Assembly (NCBI GenBank): GCA_001915065.1
Contig: MNDT01000061.1
Span: 2,954-66,953 of the forward strand
Reading direction: 5' to 3'
From: an archaeon 13_2_20CM_2_53_6
GTDB taxonomy: Archaea > Thermoproteota > Bathyarchaeia > 40CM-2-53-6
Length of the DNA: 64,000 nt
Shown here: piece by piece, positions 29,787 to 39,071 of the stretch
Position numbering within the stretch: position 1 is the first letter of the stretch
Layout of the letters: every line of letters begins with the position of its first letter
Position numbers and translations under genes: made by a program
Notes under the pieces: model-generated
Seen by the model: only the letters and a program-made list of their open reading frames with translations
Told to the model about the DNA's origin: nothing
Database searches by the model: none

Positions 29787-30326
29787 TCAGCTTGCTATGT
29801 TTGTGCCGAAGTTGTTCTGCATGAACGTTACTGCTTCCGCCCGCGACACGTAGTGGTTGTGCCCTATCTTGGCCGGGCGTATTCCGCGCGATCTGATCCG
29901 GTATCCCGGGCGTCCCAGAGTGACGTGAATGGTTGCTCCGAATATTCCCAGCTCGGGGACGTACCTGGTTCCGGGGATCTCGATATGCTCCTTGATTCCG
30001 AAGGAGAAGTTGCCGAACTGGTCGAAGCTGGACTCGTTGACTTTGTTGCTGACAGCGTCTAGGGCTCTTCTCAAGAATTCGCCTGCGTCTTTTCCCCTGA
30101 GCGTGACGACCGCGGCTATTGGTTCTCCCTTTCTCACTCCAAAGTCCTTGATGGCTTTTTTCGCCTTCTTTGTTGCTGGGGTCCTTGCGGTCAGCTGGTT
30201 GAGAACTTTCTTCGCCTTTTCTAAGGGTTCCCCAGATTTGCCTGTCGCTATGTTCAGGGTGACCTTCTCGATCCTTACAACGCGTAAGGGATTACTCACT
30301 TCATCGTCACCTTTGGGTTTGGACAC
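29787..30326 (-). CDS. rpl5: 50S ribosomal protein L5 (uL5)
   Basis: [28 protein letters not shown]. Confidence 0.96.
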   Translation of the reverse strand: MSKPKGDDEVSNPLRVVRIEKVTLNIATGKSGEPLEKAKKVLNQLTARTPATKKAKKAIKDFGVRKGEPIAAVVTLRGKDAGEFLRRALDAVSNKVNESSFDQFGNFSFGIKEHIEIPGTRYVPELGIFGATIHVTLGRPGYRIRSRGIRPAKIGHNHYVSRAEAVTFMQNNFGTNIAS

Positions 30327-30327
30327 C

Positions 30328-31077
30328 CTACTGTTTTCCTAGCCCGATGAGAGGTGTTCCCATGCCAATAGGTATCACGTAGGCTGCGGGGGTCTCGAAT
30401 GCCTCGTCAGTCGTCTCGATCCTAACTCCCTTCCGACGCGCGTGGGTTCCTGGTGTTATTGAGAAGATCTTGCCGAAGTGTCCTTGGTTTCGTCCATCGA
30501 CGACGAGTCCGATAGCTCCCGTCTGGAATGGGATGTGGCCCACTATGTTTTGTTCGGGGAGTCCTAGTTGTATTGCGCCTCCAACTGCGTACTCCTCCCC
30601 AGGTCTCTGTCTTGGCTCGCGAGCTTGAAGAATTAGGTTGCGCCCGTCGTGAAAGTTGAGCTGGGTCCGGCCGCCTTCAACGGTTTTCTTTCCAACTATC
30701 TTGCAGAGCTTGAATCCGGACTCTCCCTTTTCGATGGGTACGGTGGTCAGTCCTTTGTCGGGTCTGGGTAGAACCCGGAAGCTCTGGGGGGATCCCTCGA
30801 TCTGTAGCACGTCCATTAGGCCTACTGGGAATCTATGGTCTCTTCGGACGACTCCGTCGACTTTGACTCTGCCAGTACTGATGATGTGGATCGCCTCTTT
30901 CGCGGTTCTTGCGTATCCCAGGATTTCACGTATGACGATGACGAGTGGGAGGCTTCTATCGCGACGATGCGGACCAGGTCTGGTCATGGGTGCCCAGGCC
31001 ATTTCCTTTCGGTGTATCGGCCAGAATCCTGGGGCTGGTTCTCGTTTCAGCTGTCTGGGTCCAGATTTTCTCGCCAC
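30328..31077 (-). CDS. rps4e: 30S ribosomal protein S4e
   Basis: WPIHRK, PGPH, VDGVVRRDHRFPVGLMD, FHDGRN. Confidence 0.96.
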   Translation of the reverse strand: MARKSGPRQLKREPAPGFWPIHRKEMAWAPMTRPGPHRRDRSLPLVIVIREILGYARTAKEAIHIISTGRVKVDGVVRRDHRFPVGLMDVLQIEGSPQSFRVLPRPDKGLTTVPIEKGESGFKLCKIVGKKTVEGGRTQLNFHDGRNLILQAREPRQRPGEEYAVGGAIQLGLPEQNIVGHIPFQTGAIGLVVDGRNQGHFGKIFSITPGTHARRKGVRIETTDEAFETPAAYVIPIGMGTPLIGLGKQ

Positions 31078-31080
31078 TTT

Positions 31081-31452
31081 CTATTCCTCCGCGCTCTTTG
31101 CCTTCTCGGACAATATTCCGCTCCGCCACTTGTCGGATAGGTTCAGTTCGGTAATGAGCACCTTGCTGGAATGTACTGGAAGCTTTGATGAGACCCCCGC
31201 GGCCTTTTCTCGTGTCATTCCTTCGACGAAGATCCTTCCGGTAGAATATTCCACTCGCTCGACTTTTCCTTCAAGTCCTGCGAATTCTCCCCGCATTATG
31301 CGTACTCTGTCGCCGGTTCTGAGTGGGACCCGTCTGATTCTGTGTCTACCGGTCAGATCGTTTGAGAGTCGAGCTGAGAGCCTTCTCCGTTGTCTGTGCT
31401 TCGGTGCCTGGAAGAGGAGTTTTCTCTGTTTTGACGGCTTTGAGCTTCTCAT
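31081..31452 (-). CDS. rpl24: 50S ribosomal protein L24 (uL24)
   Basis: SKPSKQRK, GDRVRIMRGEFAG (KOW), VHSSKV. Confidence 0.95.
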   Translation of the reverse strand: MRSSKPSKQRKLLFQAPKHRQRRRLSARLSNDLTGRHRIRRVPLRTGDRVRIMRGEFAGLEGKVERVEYSTGRIFVEGMTREKAAGVSSKLPVHSSKVLITELNLSDKWRSGILSEKAKSAEE

Positions 31453-31455
31453 TCT

Positions 31456-31893
31456 CTATATCACTGTCGAGGCTAGATTGGCTACTCTGGGCCATCTCTC
31501 TGCGGCTTCGCGCGCGACTGGTCCTCTGATCTCTGTTCCTTTCATTTCTCCCTCGGGCGTCATGATTACGGCGGCGTTGTCCTCGAAGGAGAGTCGCGTG
31601 CCGTCGGGCCTTCGCAATGCTCTTGCCTGTCTGACAACTACCGCTGGAAAGACTTGTTTCCTAAGATCGGGGGCACCCTTGGTGACTGAGACCATTATCA
31701 TATCTCCGACGCAGGCGGCCGGTACTCTGCGGAGGCGTCCGTGGTATCCTCGTACGTTTATCAGCTTCAGCTCTTTTGCTCCGGTGTTGTCCGCGCAGGT
31801 CATCCGGGAGCCGACTGGTAGGCCTCTGGCGATTCTTGGCCTGTATTCGACCATTCCACGGGCGCTGACGGCCCTCGTCTTCGGTGCTGGCAT
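31456..31893 (-). CDS. rpl14: 50S ribosomal protein L14 (uL14)
   Basis: [27 protein letters not shown]; start at ATG 31893. Confidence 0.96.
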   Translation of the reverse strand: MPAPKTRAVSARGMVEYRPRIARGLPVGSRMTCADNTGAKELKLINVRGYHGRLRRVPAACVGDMIMVSVTKGAPDLRKQVFPAVVVRQARALRRPDGTRLSFEDNAAVIMTPEGEMKGTEIRGPVAREAAERWPRVANLASTVI

Positions 31894-31895
31894 GT

Positions 31896-32231
31896 CTACT
31901 CTGCCACTCCCTTTCTGTCGATCACTACAAAGGAGACTTCCTTGCTGAGCGGTCGGCACTCAGCGATTGTCACGTGATCGCCTGTCGTTGCGGATATGCA
32001 TGGGGGGTTGTGGGCTAGGGTCTTGCTCCTGCGCCGCTCGTACCGGTTGTATTTCGGATAATAGTGGAGATAGGCTCGTTCTACAGAGACCGTTCTTGGG
32101 GATTTTGAAGTTGAGACCGTTCCTTCGAAGACTCTTCCCCTGACGGAGACGTTCCCATGGTAGGGGCATGCAGGATCGTTGCATCCGGATTTTGGCGGTT
32201 TGACGTCTAGTCCGATGTTGCGTACTACCAT
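31896..32231 (-). CDS. rps17: 30S ribosomal protein S17 (uS17)
   Basis: [26 protein letters not shown]. Confidence 0.96.
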   Translation of the reverse strand: MVVRNIGLDVKPPKSGCNDPACPYHGNVSVRGRVFEGTVSTSKSPRTVSVERAYLHYYPKYNRYERRRSKTLAHNPPCISATTGDHVTIAECRPLSKEVSFVVIDRKGVAE

Positions 32232-32506
32232 CTGCTCAGCCCTTTCTTTATTCTGTCTTCTGGCCGGTGCTTCAGCATACTTCCTTCAACTGTCATGGTT
32301 TCTCCTGTCGGCAGCTTGGCGATGAATACGGTGTTGGGTTTTGCGATTCTGCGAGTCCTCCCATGTGTCTCTACGACCAGTGTATTCCTTGTCTCGTCTC
32401 GAACGAGTCCGGAGAGACCCTCCAGTTTCGTATCTGGACTTTTCTTAATGGTGATTTCGAGGCCTATCCATTCGTGTGCTAGAATGTTCCGGGAAGTGAT
32501 CGGCAT
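32225..32506 (-). CDS. rnp1: RNase P protein subunit Rpp29
   Basis: HEWIGL, GLVRDETRNTL, RPEDRIK; canonical position between L29 and S17. Confidence 0.92.
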   Translation of the reverse strand: MPITSRNILAHEWIGLEITIKKSPDTKLEGLSGLVRDETRNTLVVETHGRTRRIAKPNTVFIAKLPTGETMTVEGSMLKHRPEDRIKKGLSRW

Positions 32507-32509
32507 CTA

Positions 32510-32722
32510 CTACGCTTTCTCCGTTGGGGCTTTGAGGTTCTGGGCGGTGAGGAGTCTTGCTATGGCCCGGCGTAGTTCTCTTACTCTGGCCGGGTTGTCG
32601 ACTGTGCCGCCGGAGTTCACCTGGGTTCGGATTGTGGTGAGCTCGGCTCTCAGTTCTGAGACTTTCTTTTCCCGTTCCTCGGGAAGCATCTGTCCTATCT
32701 CACGCTTGCGTAGGATTGCCAA
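32510..32722 (-). CDS. rpl29: 50S ribosomal protein L29 (uL29)
   Basis: MAILRKREI, NPARVRELRRAIARLLT. Confidence 0.95.
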   Translation of the reverse strand: MAILRKREIGQMLPEEREKKVSELRAELTTIRTQVNSGGTVDNPARVRELRRAIARLLTAQNLKAPTEKA

Positions 32723-33407
32723 CTGTTGCCTCCTCCTTCTCTGTTTCGACTTCCGGGGCCGAGGGAGCTGGTACTGACACTTCCGTTATGACTGGTTGTG
32801 CTACCGCCGCTGCGACTATCTTCATCGTGGGCTTGTCGACAAAGTTGATGTTGGGGGGTAGGATTCGGACCTTTATCCCGAAGAGTCCTTGCTTTAGCTG
32901 GACGTCCGTTACGGCGACCTTCACGCTCTTGAGGACTGGGTCTCCGACCCGTGGGAGGTATCCGGCTCTGAACTTCTCGTATCTGGCGCGTTCGGTTGTG
33001 AGTTTTCCTCTGATAATGATCTCTACTCCTAGGGCTTGTGATTCCATGACTCTCTGTATTGCCCAGTAGGCGGATCTTCTGAAGTGGACTCCGCGCTGGA
33101 GGGCCTGGGCGACCTGGGAGGCGACTACCTTCGGGTCTTGTTCTGGGATTTCGATGGCTGCTACGGATAGCTGGGCATTCTCTATGCCGAATTTTGTCTC
33201 GAGGAGTTTTGTGAGATCTTTTATGCTCTGGCCTCTTCGGCCTATGACCATCCCGGGTTTTGCCGCGTAGATTACGACGCGGGTTCCGACGGGGCTTTTT
33301 GTGAGTTCTACGTGGCTGTATCCTGCTCGTTTGAGATCGTTCTGGAGTAGTTCGTCGATCTCGAGTCGGCGGGATACGTCTTTGATGAAGTATTTGGTTA
33401 CTGACAT
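32700..33407 (-). CDS. rps3: 30S ribosomal protein S3 (uS3)
   Basis: RAGYS, KPGMVIGRRG (KH domain), GVHFRR, GVEIIIRGKL. Confidence 0.96.
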   Translation of the reverse strand: MSVTKYFIKDVSRRLEIDELLQNDLKRAGYSHVELTKSPVGTRVVIYAAKPGMVIGRRGQSIKDLTKLLETKFGIENAQLSVAAIEIPEQDPKVVASQVAQALQRGVHFRRSAYWAIQRVMESQALGVEIIIRGKLTTERARYEKFRAGYLPRVGDPVLKSVKVAVTDVQLKQGLFGIKVRILPPNINFVDKPTMKIVAAAVAQPVITEVSVPAPSAPEVETEKEEATVGNPTQA

Positions 33408-33411
33408 GGGG

Positions 33412-33879
33412 CTATTCTGCCTCGAAGCCGACCAGTTCGATGTGGGTGGTTGTTGCTTTTAGGAGGTCTGAGCGTCCGAAGGCTCTCGGGTTGCGTCTCG
33501 GGATCTTGTTTGCGCGCTGGGCGGCTGCGTGTATTATCTTGAGCCGTTCAGTATCCAAGTTACGGTATTCGGCGTTTGCTTCGAGCTCTTCTAGTAGGCG
33601 GAGGAGTCTGCCGGCTGCTTTCTGCGGGAATCTTCCGGCGAACCATGGTTCGGTGAGCTGTCTCCGGTGTGGGACTTCTTTCTTGTAGTGTCGGTATGCT
33701 ATAGCCTGTTTCTTCTCGACTACTCGTTCTAGAAGTTTTTTCGCGTCGGAGAGTTTCATTCCTCTGATTGTTCTGCAGATCTCGACTGATGCTTTGGGGG
33801 ATATTCTGAGTTGTCGGCCTGAACATTTTACCGTCCGGTCTGGGTCGAGGCCTGTTATCGAGTATCCCCGTTCAGGCAT
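33412..33879 (-). CDS. rpl22: 50S ribosomal protein L22 (uL22)
   Basis: ISPKASVEIC, GRFPQKAA, PRAFGRS, HIELV. Confidence 0.96.
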   Translation of the reverse strand: MPERGYSITGLDPDRTVKCSGRQLRISPKASVEICRTIRGMKLSDAKKLLERVVEKKQAIAYRHYKKEVPHRRQLTEPWFAGRFPQKAAGRLLRLLEELEANAEYRNLDTERLKIIHAAAQRANKIPRRNPRAFGRSDLLKATTTHIELVGFEAE

Positions 33880-34047
33880 CCACTGTCACGAAGGTTGGGA
33901 TTGCGGGTTGGCTTGCCCTAAAAAGGTTCCTTGGTCTCGAGTCGAGTATCGTGGCTTGAGGTCGTCGCGTGTCGTTGTTACTTCTACGGTTCGGGACTGG
34001 TTACTCTAGTCTTATTGTCGGTGTTTCCTGCTTTCGAGCGGGATATT

Positions 34048-34851
34048 ATGGCAGAGTCAGTTGCTATCGAAAGGGTCCACACTGGAATCCCTGGCCTGGA
34101 CCACGTGCTTGAGGGAGGTTTCCCGAAGGGCGCGAGGGTCTTATTGGCTGGGGGGGCTGGCTGTGGGAAGACCATCTGTTGCGGCCAGTATCTGTACAAG
34201 GGCGCTACGCGCTACGGTGAGCCAGGTGTCTATGTCTCGACTGAGGAGCCTCCGCAGGAGTTCAGAGCGAACATGCTCCGTTTCGGCTGGGATTTCAAGA
34301 AGCTTGAGGCGGAGCGGAAGATCGGTATGGTCGATGCTGTCTATCAGCGTGTCGAGACGGAGATCGCGGAGCAGGAGTCGTTGCAGTCGATACTGTACAA
34401 TCTCCGGTCGAAACTGTCTGAGGTGAAGATTCTCGTTGAGCAGCTTGGCGCGACGAGGCTGGTTGTGGATTCGCTTCCCGGTTTTGGTTTCCGGGTGACG
34501 GATCTCAACACGCTGCGAGAGATCTTCCTCGAGGTCGGGCTGCTGTTGAAGGATGTTGGCTGTACGACCTTGATGACGACGGAGATCGTTGAGGGCTCGG
34601 GATTGATCAGCCGCTATGGCATCGAGGAGTTCCTCGCTACCGGGGTGATGGTCCTCTCGCTGGTCCGGCAGTCCTCGGTTATCCGGAAGGTGTATGTCCG
34701 GAAGATGCGTGGGACGAGTCACAGCCTGAACGACTTTGCGTTCACCATCGGCCGTGAGGGTGTCGAGCTGAAGGGGCCGATTGGTGTTCGTAGTGTTAGC
34801 CGACAACGACGCCTCCATAGTCCGCGGAGAAAGCGTCGAAGCCGGCGCTGA
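34048..34851 (+). CDS. Single-domain KaiC/RAD55-like RecA-family ATPase with Arg-rich tail
   Basis: TGIPGLD, Walker A GGAGCGKT, STEE, Walker B LVVDS, RKMRGT. Confidence 0.9.
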   Translation: MAESVAIERVHTGIPGLDHVLEGGFPKGARVLLAGGAGCGKTICCGQYLYKGATRYGEPGVYVSTEEPPQEFRANMLRFGWDFKKLEAERKIGMVDAVYQRVETEIAEQESLQSILYNLRSKLSEVKILVEQLGATRLVVDSLPGFGFRVTDLNTLREIFLEVGLLLKDVGCTTLMTTEIVEGSGLISRYGIEEFLATGVMVLSLVRQSSVIRKVYVRKMRGTSHSLNDFAFTIGREGVELKGPIGVRSVSRQRRLHSPRRKRRSRR

Positions 34852-34987
34852 CACGTACGAAGAAGCCGAGTCGGGGACTGTTCCAGTATCCGAGGTGGGG
34901 AGGGTAGTGGAACAAGGGGTTCAAGGACAAGGGACGGCTATCGACCAGCTAGGCTGGACGGGCCAGCGACGACAGGTGTGATCTAGA

Positions 34988-35701
34988 ATGGTGCAGAATT
35001 TGAAGAGCGGGATCTCAGCGTTCGACGAGTCACTGGGCGGTCTGCCCGGCGGGAGTATTATCCTGTTTCTCGGCGAGGCTGATACGGGGATGACGACGTG
35101 TGCGCAGCAGATAATGTACCAAGGCTTGCTGGATGGTCGGCCGGCTGTCTATTTCACTACGGGCCGGTCTTGGGAGGATATTGTCGGGGAGATGGGTGTG
35201 TACGGCTGGACACTGGAACGGTTCTTTGAGCAGCGGAAAATGTGGTTCATTGACAGTTTCGGGATGAAACGGGAGAAGGTGGCGGGGGAGGTTAGCTGGG
35301 ATATTGGTCCGGCGAATCTCTTGGCGAAGGAGTTTCCACGGGTTGTTGCGCCATTGGGGGCCTGTACGCTTATTGTGGATAGCTTGAGTGATGTGATTCG
35401 TAGTGCTCCTTTTCCGGCGGTCGAGCAGACCTTGAAGCTGTTACAAGCTCATGTGCGGGCTAGCGGGGGATTGTATGTTCTAATGGCGAACAAGGGGATT
35501 CACACTGATCATATCGAGAATACGGTGAAGCACTTGAGTGATGGCGTTGTTGATCTTTCTACGGAACCGTTCGGGTCTGAGGATTATGCGCGTAAGATGC
35601 GCGTGTTGAAGATGCCGGGCGCGTTCACGGACATGAAAGTCTACGCTTACCGGGTCGGCGCGGCGGGTATCGAGATGGCGGCGTTGCATAGGGTGCGATA
35701 A
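34988..35701 (+). CDS. KaiC/RAD55-like protein with degenerate ATPase motifs
   Basis: SGISAFD, GEADTGMTT (Walker A Lys replaced by Met), FTTG, LIVDS, SDGVVDL, LKMPG. Confidence 0.85.
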   Translation: MVQNLKSGISAFDESLGGLPGGSIILFLGEADTGMTTCAQQIMYQGLLDGRPAVYFTTGRSWEDIVGEMGVYGWTLERFFEQRKMWFIDSFGMKREKVAGEVSWDIGPANLLAKEFPRVVAPLGACTLIVDSLSDVIRSAPFPAVEQTLKLLQAHVRASGGLYVLMANKGIHTDHIENTVKHLSDGVVDLSTEPFGSEDYARKMRVLKMPGAFTDMKVYAYRVGAAGIEMAALHRVR

Positions 35702-35705
35702 GAAA

Positions 35706-36044
35706 ATGCTGACGGACGTTGCTGTTTTGCCGACGCAGGTGTCTGGTACGACGAGTTTTGGTTTGACGAAGCCGAGGATGTCTGAAGAGGAGATCTTCCG
35801 GATACTCACGACCACTGAGGTGAATATTCAGATTGTTCGGATTTGTGAGACTCCGCGGAGTGCGCGTGAGATTGCGCGGGGGTTGGGTGAGGTCTATCCT
35901 GGTCATAAGGAGAAGGGGTTTCCGCCGGACAAGCTGGGCGAGCATCTGGCGAATCTGGAACGGTTGGGGGCTGTCAAGTTTAACGGTGAGAAGTGGGCTG
36001 CGAGCGATGTGGGCGTGAAGATGGTCAAGAAATACTTCGGCTAG
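35706..36044 (+). CDS. Small winged-HTH protein
   Basis: PRSAREIARGL..LGEHLANLERLGAV; 4 bp after the second KaiC-like gene. Confidence 0.7.
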   Translation: MLTDVAVLPTQVSGTTSFGLTKPRMSEEEIFRILTTTEVNIQIVRICETPRSAREIARGLGEVYPGHKEKGFPPDKLGEHLANLERLGAVKFNGEKWAASDVGVKMVKKYFG

Positions 36045-36100
36045 ACACGAAGACGGATTGGATTAGAAGAACCGTATCTTTCTATCGCGGGGATCTTTCC

Positions 36101-36330
36101 CAAAGAGCACGTTTGTGTCGCGGGAATTTTTTTATTTCTAAATCCTAGAGAGTGTCGTCTCGCCATCTGAAACAGAATTGCGCGAAATTCCCGGTTTGTC
36201 GCGCAGAACAGGCTTATCGGCTGTTTTCAGTAGTTGCCGTGTGGCGGCCTCCAAGCGTGCGAAACCCGCCGCGTGGGACCCCACTCCCGGATCGCTGATC
36301 AGGGCTTATTCTGGGGCGATTTGCCGGATC
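36101..36330 (+). repeat. Dispersed repeat, copy 3 (upstream of cdc6)
   Basis: Inverted homolog of 24924-25152. Confidence 0.9.
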
Positions 36331-36467
36331 GGATATGCTATCTTTTCTACTCCGAAAAGTAGTATGGTCTCGGCTGTTTTTCTGCCCTGCTCCTCTCCCG
36401 GAGAGTTTACTTTCGCCCCTCTCTGCTCATCTTATACGTTCAACAGTACAGTTTAGGAGCTTACACG

Positions 36468-37706
36468 GTGGAAGTAATCAAAGTGCAGAAGAACAGCCTA
36501 GCCGCACCCGGCGAGATCGTCCGAGAAGCGCTCTCCAAACCAACCATATTCAAGAACGAAGAGCCGCTCAGCCTAGAGTGGCTGCCGCCCCGCCTCCCAC
36601 ACCGGGAGACCCAGCTACGCTTCCTAACAGAACTCTTCCGATCCGTCATAGACAAGCCCGGAACCACCAGCCCGAAGGTCCTGATAACCGGAGAGATCGG
36701 AACAGGAAAGACTGTTCTGACGCAACGGTTCGGGATGGACATTCAACGCACCGCCCGGACACTGAAGCAGAACCTCCAGTACATCCACGTCAACTGTCGC
36801 GAGTTCCGCGGCAGCCTCTTCATGATCCTCAAACAGGTACTGCAGAAGTTCACCCCGCAGTTTCCCCAGCGCGGATTCTCCAGCGAAGAACTCTTGCATA
36901 TACTGCTGGACCAGCTGGAGACGAAGAACCTCCACATTATTCTCACACTAGACGAGGCCGATGTCCTGATCGCCGCGGAAGGATCAACAAGCCTCTACAA
37001 CCTGACGCGTATTCAGGAGGAGCGGCCCGGTCGTCCCATACGACTGTCGCTGATAGTGGTACTGCGCGAGATAGAGAAGCTACAGGATCTCGATAGGAGT
37101 ACGCAGAGCACACTGCAGCGGAACCTGATACGGCTCGACCGGTACTCGGCCAGCCAGCTGGAATCGATCCTCAGAGAACGAGTAGAGCTGGCGTTCAAGG
37201 AAGGGACGATATCAGAACAGGTCGTGGATTTCGTGGCGGACATGGCGGCGCCGGCAGGCGATGCGAGATACGCGATCGAACTGGTCTGGCGCGCTGGAAA
37301 ATATGCTGATACTGAAGGGTCGCGGGAGGTCCGGGCGGAGCATGTCCGGGCCGCGGCCCAGAGCGTCTACCCGGTGATGAGGACAGACTACGCCCAGCAC
37401 CTGAACCTGCACGAAAAGCTGCTACTCCTGGGCCTTGCTAGGACCTTGGAGCGGACACAGGAGACGTACGCGTCGATGGGCGAGAGTGAGATAGCCTACA
37501 AGATGGCGTGCGAGGAGTACAAGGAACAGTTCAGAGCGCATACCCAGGTCTGGAAGTATGTCCAGAACCTCAGCGCCACGGGAATAGTCTCGACCCAGCC
37601 CTCGACCGCGGGGTTCAGAGGAAAGACGACGCTGCTGGGACTGCCCACAGCCCCGGCCTCGGCGATACGACGATGGCTAGAGTCGAGCCTAGTACGCAGG
37701 CCCTAA
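36468..37706 (+). CDS. cdc6: Orc1/Cdc6 replication initiator
   Basis: PRLPHRE, GEIGTGKT, HVNCR, LTLDEAD, GDARYAI, C-terminal wHTH with RGKTT. Confidence 0.95.
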   Translation: MEVIKVQKNSLAAPGEIVREALSKPTIFKNEEPLSLEWLPPRLPHRETQLRFLTELFRSVIDKPGTTSPKVLITGEIGTGKTVLTQRFGMDIQRTARTLKQNLQYIHVNCREFRGSLFMILKQVLQKFTPQFPQRGFSSEELLHILLDQLETKNLHIILTLDEADVLIAAEGSTSLYNLTRIQEERPGRPIRLSLIVVLREIEKLQDLDRSTQSTLQRNLIRLDRYSASQLESILRERVELAFKEGTISEQVVDFVADMAAPAGDARYAIELVWRAGKYADTEGSREVRAEHVRAAAQSVYPVMRTDYAQHLNLHEKLLLLGLARTLERTQETYASMGESEIAYKMACEEYKEQFRAHTQVWKYVQNLSATGIVSTQPSTAGFRGKTTLLGLPTAPASAIRRWLESSLVRRP

Positions 37707-37713
37707 CAGGACC

Positions 37714-38019
37714 TTGCCCCAGAAAGCCTCGCTCGCAAATGTCCTCTCCAGCAGCGGCAGAATCAAGATACTGACCGTCCTCTCCAACGTGGGAGAGCTG
37801 CACCTTAGCGAGATTGCGAGGAAGACTGACCAGAGCTACAGCGCCACCGATCGACATTTACAAGAACTGTCGGAGGCCTCGATTGTCGAGGAGCACGATT
37901 ATGGACGGGTCCGAATGTTTAGGCTGAACTTGGAAAATCCGCGGGCGAAGATCCTGCGACAATTGATCCTCGAATGGGACAACAGTACGAATCCGAGAAT
38001 GATCGACGGACAGGTTTAA
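37714..38019 (+). CDS. ArsR-like winged-HTH protein
   Basis: SSGRIKIL, ELHLSEIARKT, HLQELSEASIVEE..GRVRMF. Confidence 0.8.
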   Translation: MPQKASLANVLSSSGRIKILTVLSNVGELHLSEIARKTDQSYSATDRHLQELSEASIVEEHDYGRVRMFRLNLENPRAKILRQLILEWDNSTNPRMIDGQV

Positions 38020-38057
38020 ACTACAATATGATCGAGACTAGTTCAGACCTGGCCAGA

Positions 38058-38219
38058 ATGACAAAGTGCGACAAGTGCGGCAAAGAGACAAAACAGAACA
38101 AACAGTGCGAATACTGCGGAAAGACGTTCTGCGAAGAACATATGCCTGACCACCAAGCATGGGAGCACCGCCACGAGACCCTGGCCCAAGACGAGTCCAG
38201 ACTCTGGAAAAGACGATAA
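38058..38219 (+). CDS. AN1-type zinc-finger microprotein
   Basis: CDKC..CEYCGKTFCEEH..H. Confidence 0.75.
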   Translation: MTKCDKCGKETKQNKQCEYCGKTFCEEHMPDHQAWEHRHETLAQDESRLWKRR

Positions 38220-38381
38220 AGACCACAGACGCGACTCGTTCGAAAGAAAGAAGCATCATTGACAGCCAGAGATCCGGCGGGTCTCTTTTGAGCATGACAA
38301 GACGCTGTGAGGAAACCTGACCTCGGGGGCCATGTTGACCCTTTTAGTAGGCTCGCCTGAAATCGCGGGCTCGTTCTCTTC

Positions 38382-38915
38382 CTAGATTACTTTGGCTGTG
38401 GCGACCGGCGTCAGAGTCATGGTCGGGTTGTTCATGATCTCGTTGTTGTTGAAAGACAAGTCCAGCTGGACTGTCATCGTTTCTCCACCATAGATGTGGA
38501 AGCCTCCGCCAGAGACTGGCACCTTGATTCCTGTCTGTGTGCCACTGGGAATTGTGTACGTGCTGTTGGTGCCGCTGATGGTGATTATCGCTTGGCTGGA
38601 GAAGAACCGGAGTTCGGTGTATCTGCCTGGTGGTAGCTGAGTTGTGCCGAGGAGTTTTGGTGTCGAGAAGGTTGTCATGAGGTTTACCGTGACATTCGTG
38701 GCCAGTGTCTGCCAGCCGCTGTTGTTGCCAGCGTTTGCGGCATGGATCTCGATGGTGGTCAGCGTGATGTAGATGGCTGTGATGTTGTTGCTGTAGGGTG
38801 TCGGGGGAGGGTCGGTTATGGACAGTGCGAGGTGTGATGGTGCATAGTAGAGGTAGGCGATGCTGCTGGAAGCGCCGAGAATGATTGTTAAAATCGCTAG
38901 TATCTTCCGGGCCAT
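38382..38915 (-). CDS. Membrane-anchored/secreted DUF4382-like protein
   Basis: N-terminal TM, LSITDPP, IEIH, LPPGRYTELR, PSG..GIKV. Confidence 0.7.
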   Translation of the reverse strand: MARKILAILTIILGASSSIAYLYYAPSHLALSITDPPPTPYSNNITAIYITLTTIEIHAANAGNNSGWQTLATNVTVNLMTTFSTPKLLGTTQLPPGRYTELRFFSSQAIITISGTNSTYTIPSGTQTGIKVPVSGGGFHIYGGETMTVQLDLSFNNNEIMNNPTMTLTPVATAKVI

Positions 38916-39071
38916 TGTTTGTTCAGGATACTAGCCTAGTTATCCACCGTATTCAATCGAGAGTTCTAGGTTGGTTAGTGCAACAGTACTGGTGGGCCGA
39001 GTGGAGACACGTATCCTGGATGAGCGCTAGTCTTTGTGGCCGCCGAGATTGCTAGTCATGGGCCTTGCATA

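Noticed and set aside
30656-31948. 430-aa plus-strand ORF and other long antisense ORFs across the r-protein cluster
   Set aside because: Shadow frames of rps4e, rpl24 and rpl14, with no independent motifs
34781-34981. 66-aa ORF between the two KaiC-like genes
   Set aside because: Overlaps the upstream gene and has no motif; coding status unsupported
34048-35701. Circadian clock (KaiABC) interpretation
   Set aside because: Single-domain proteins without the KaiC ST phosphosites, and no kaiA or kaiB in the window
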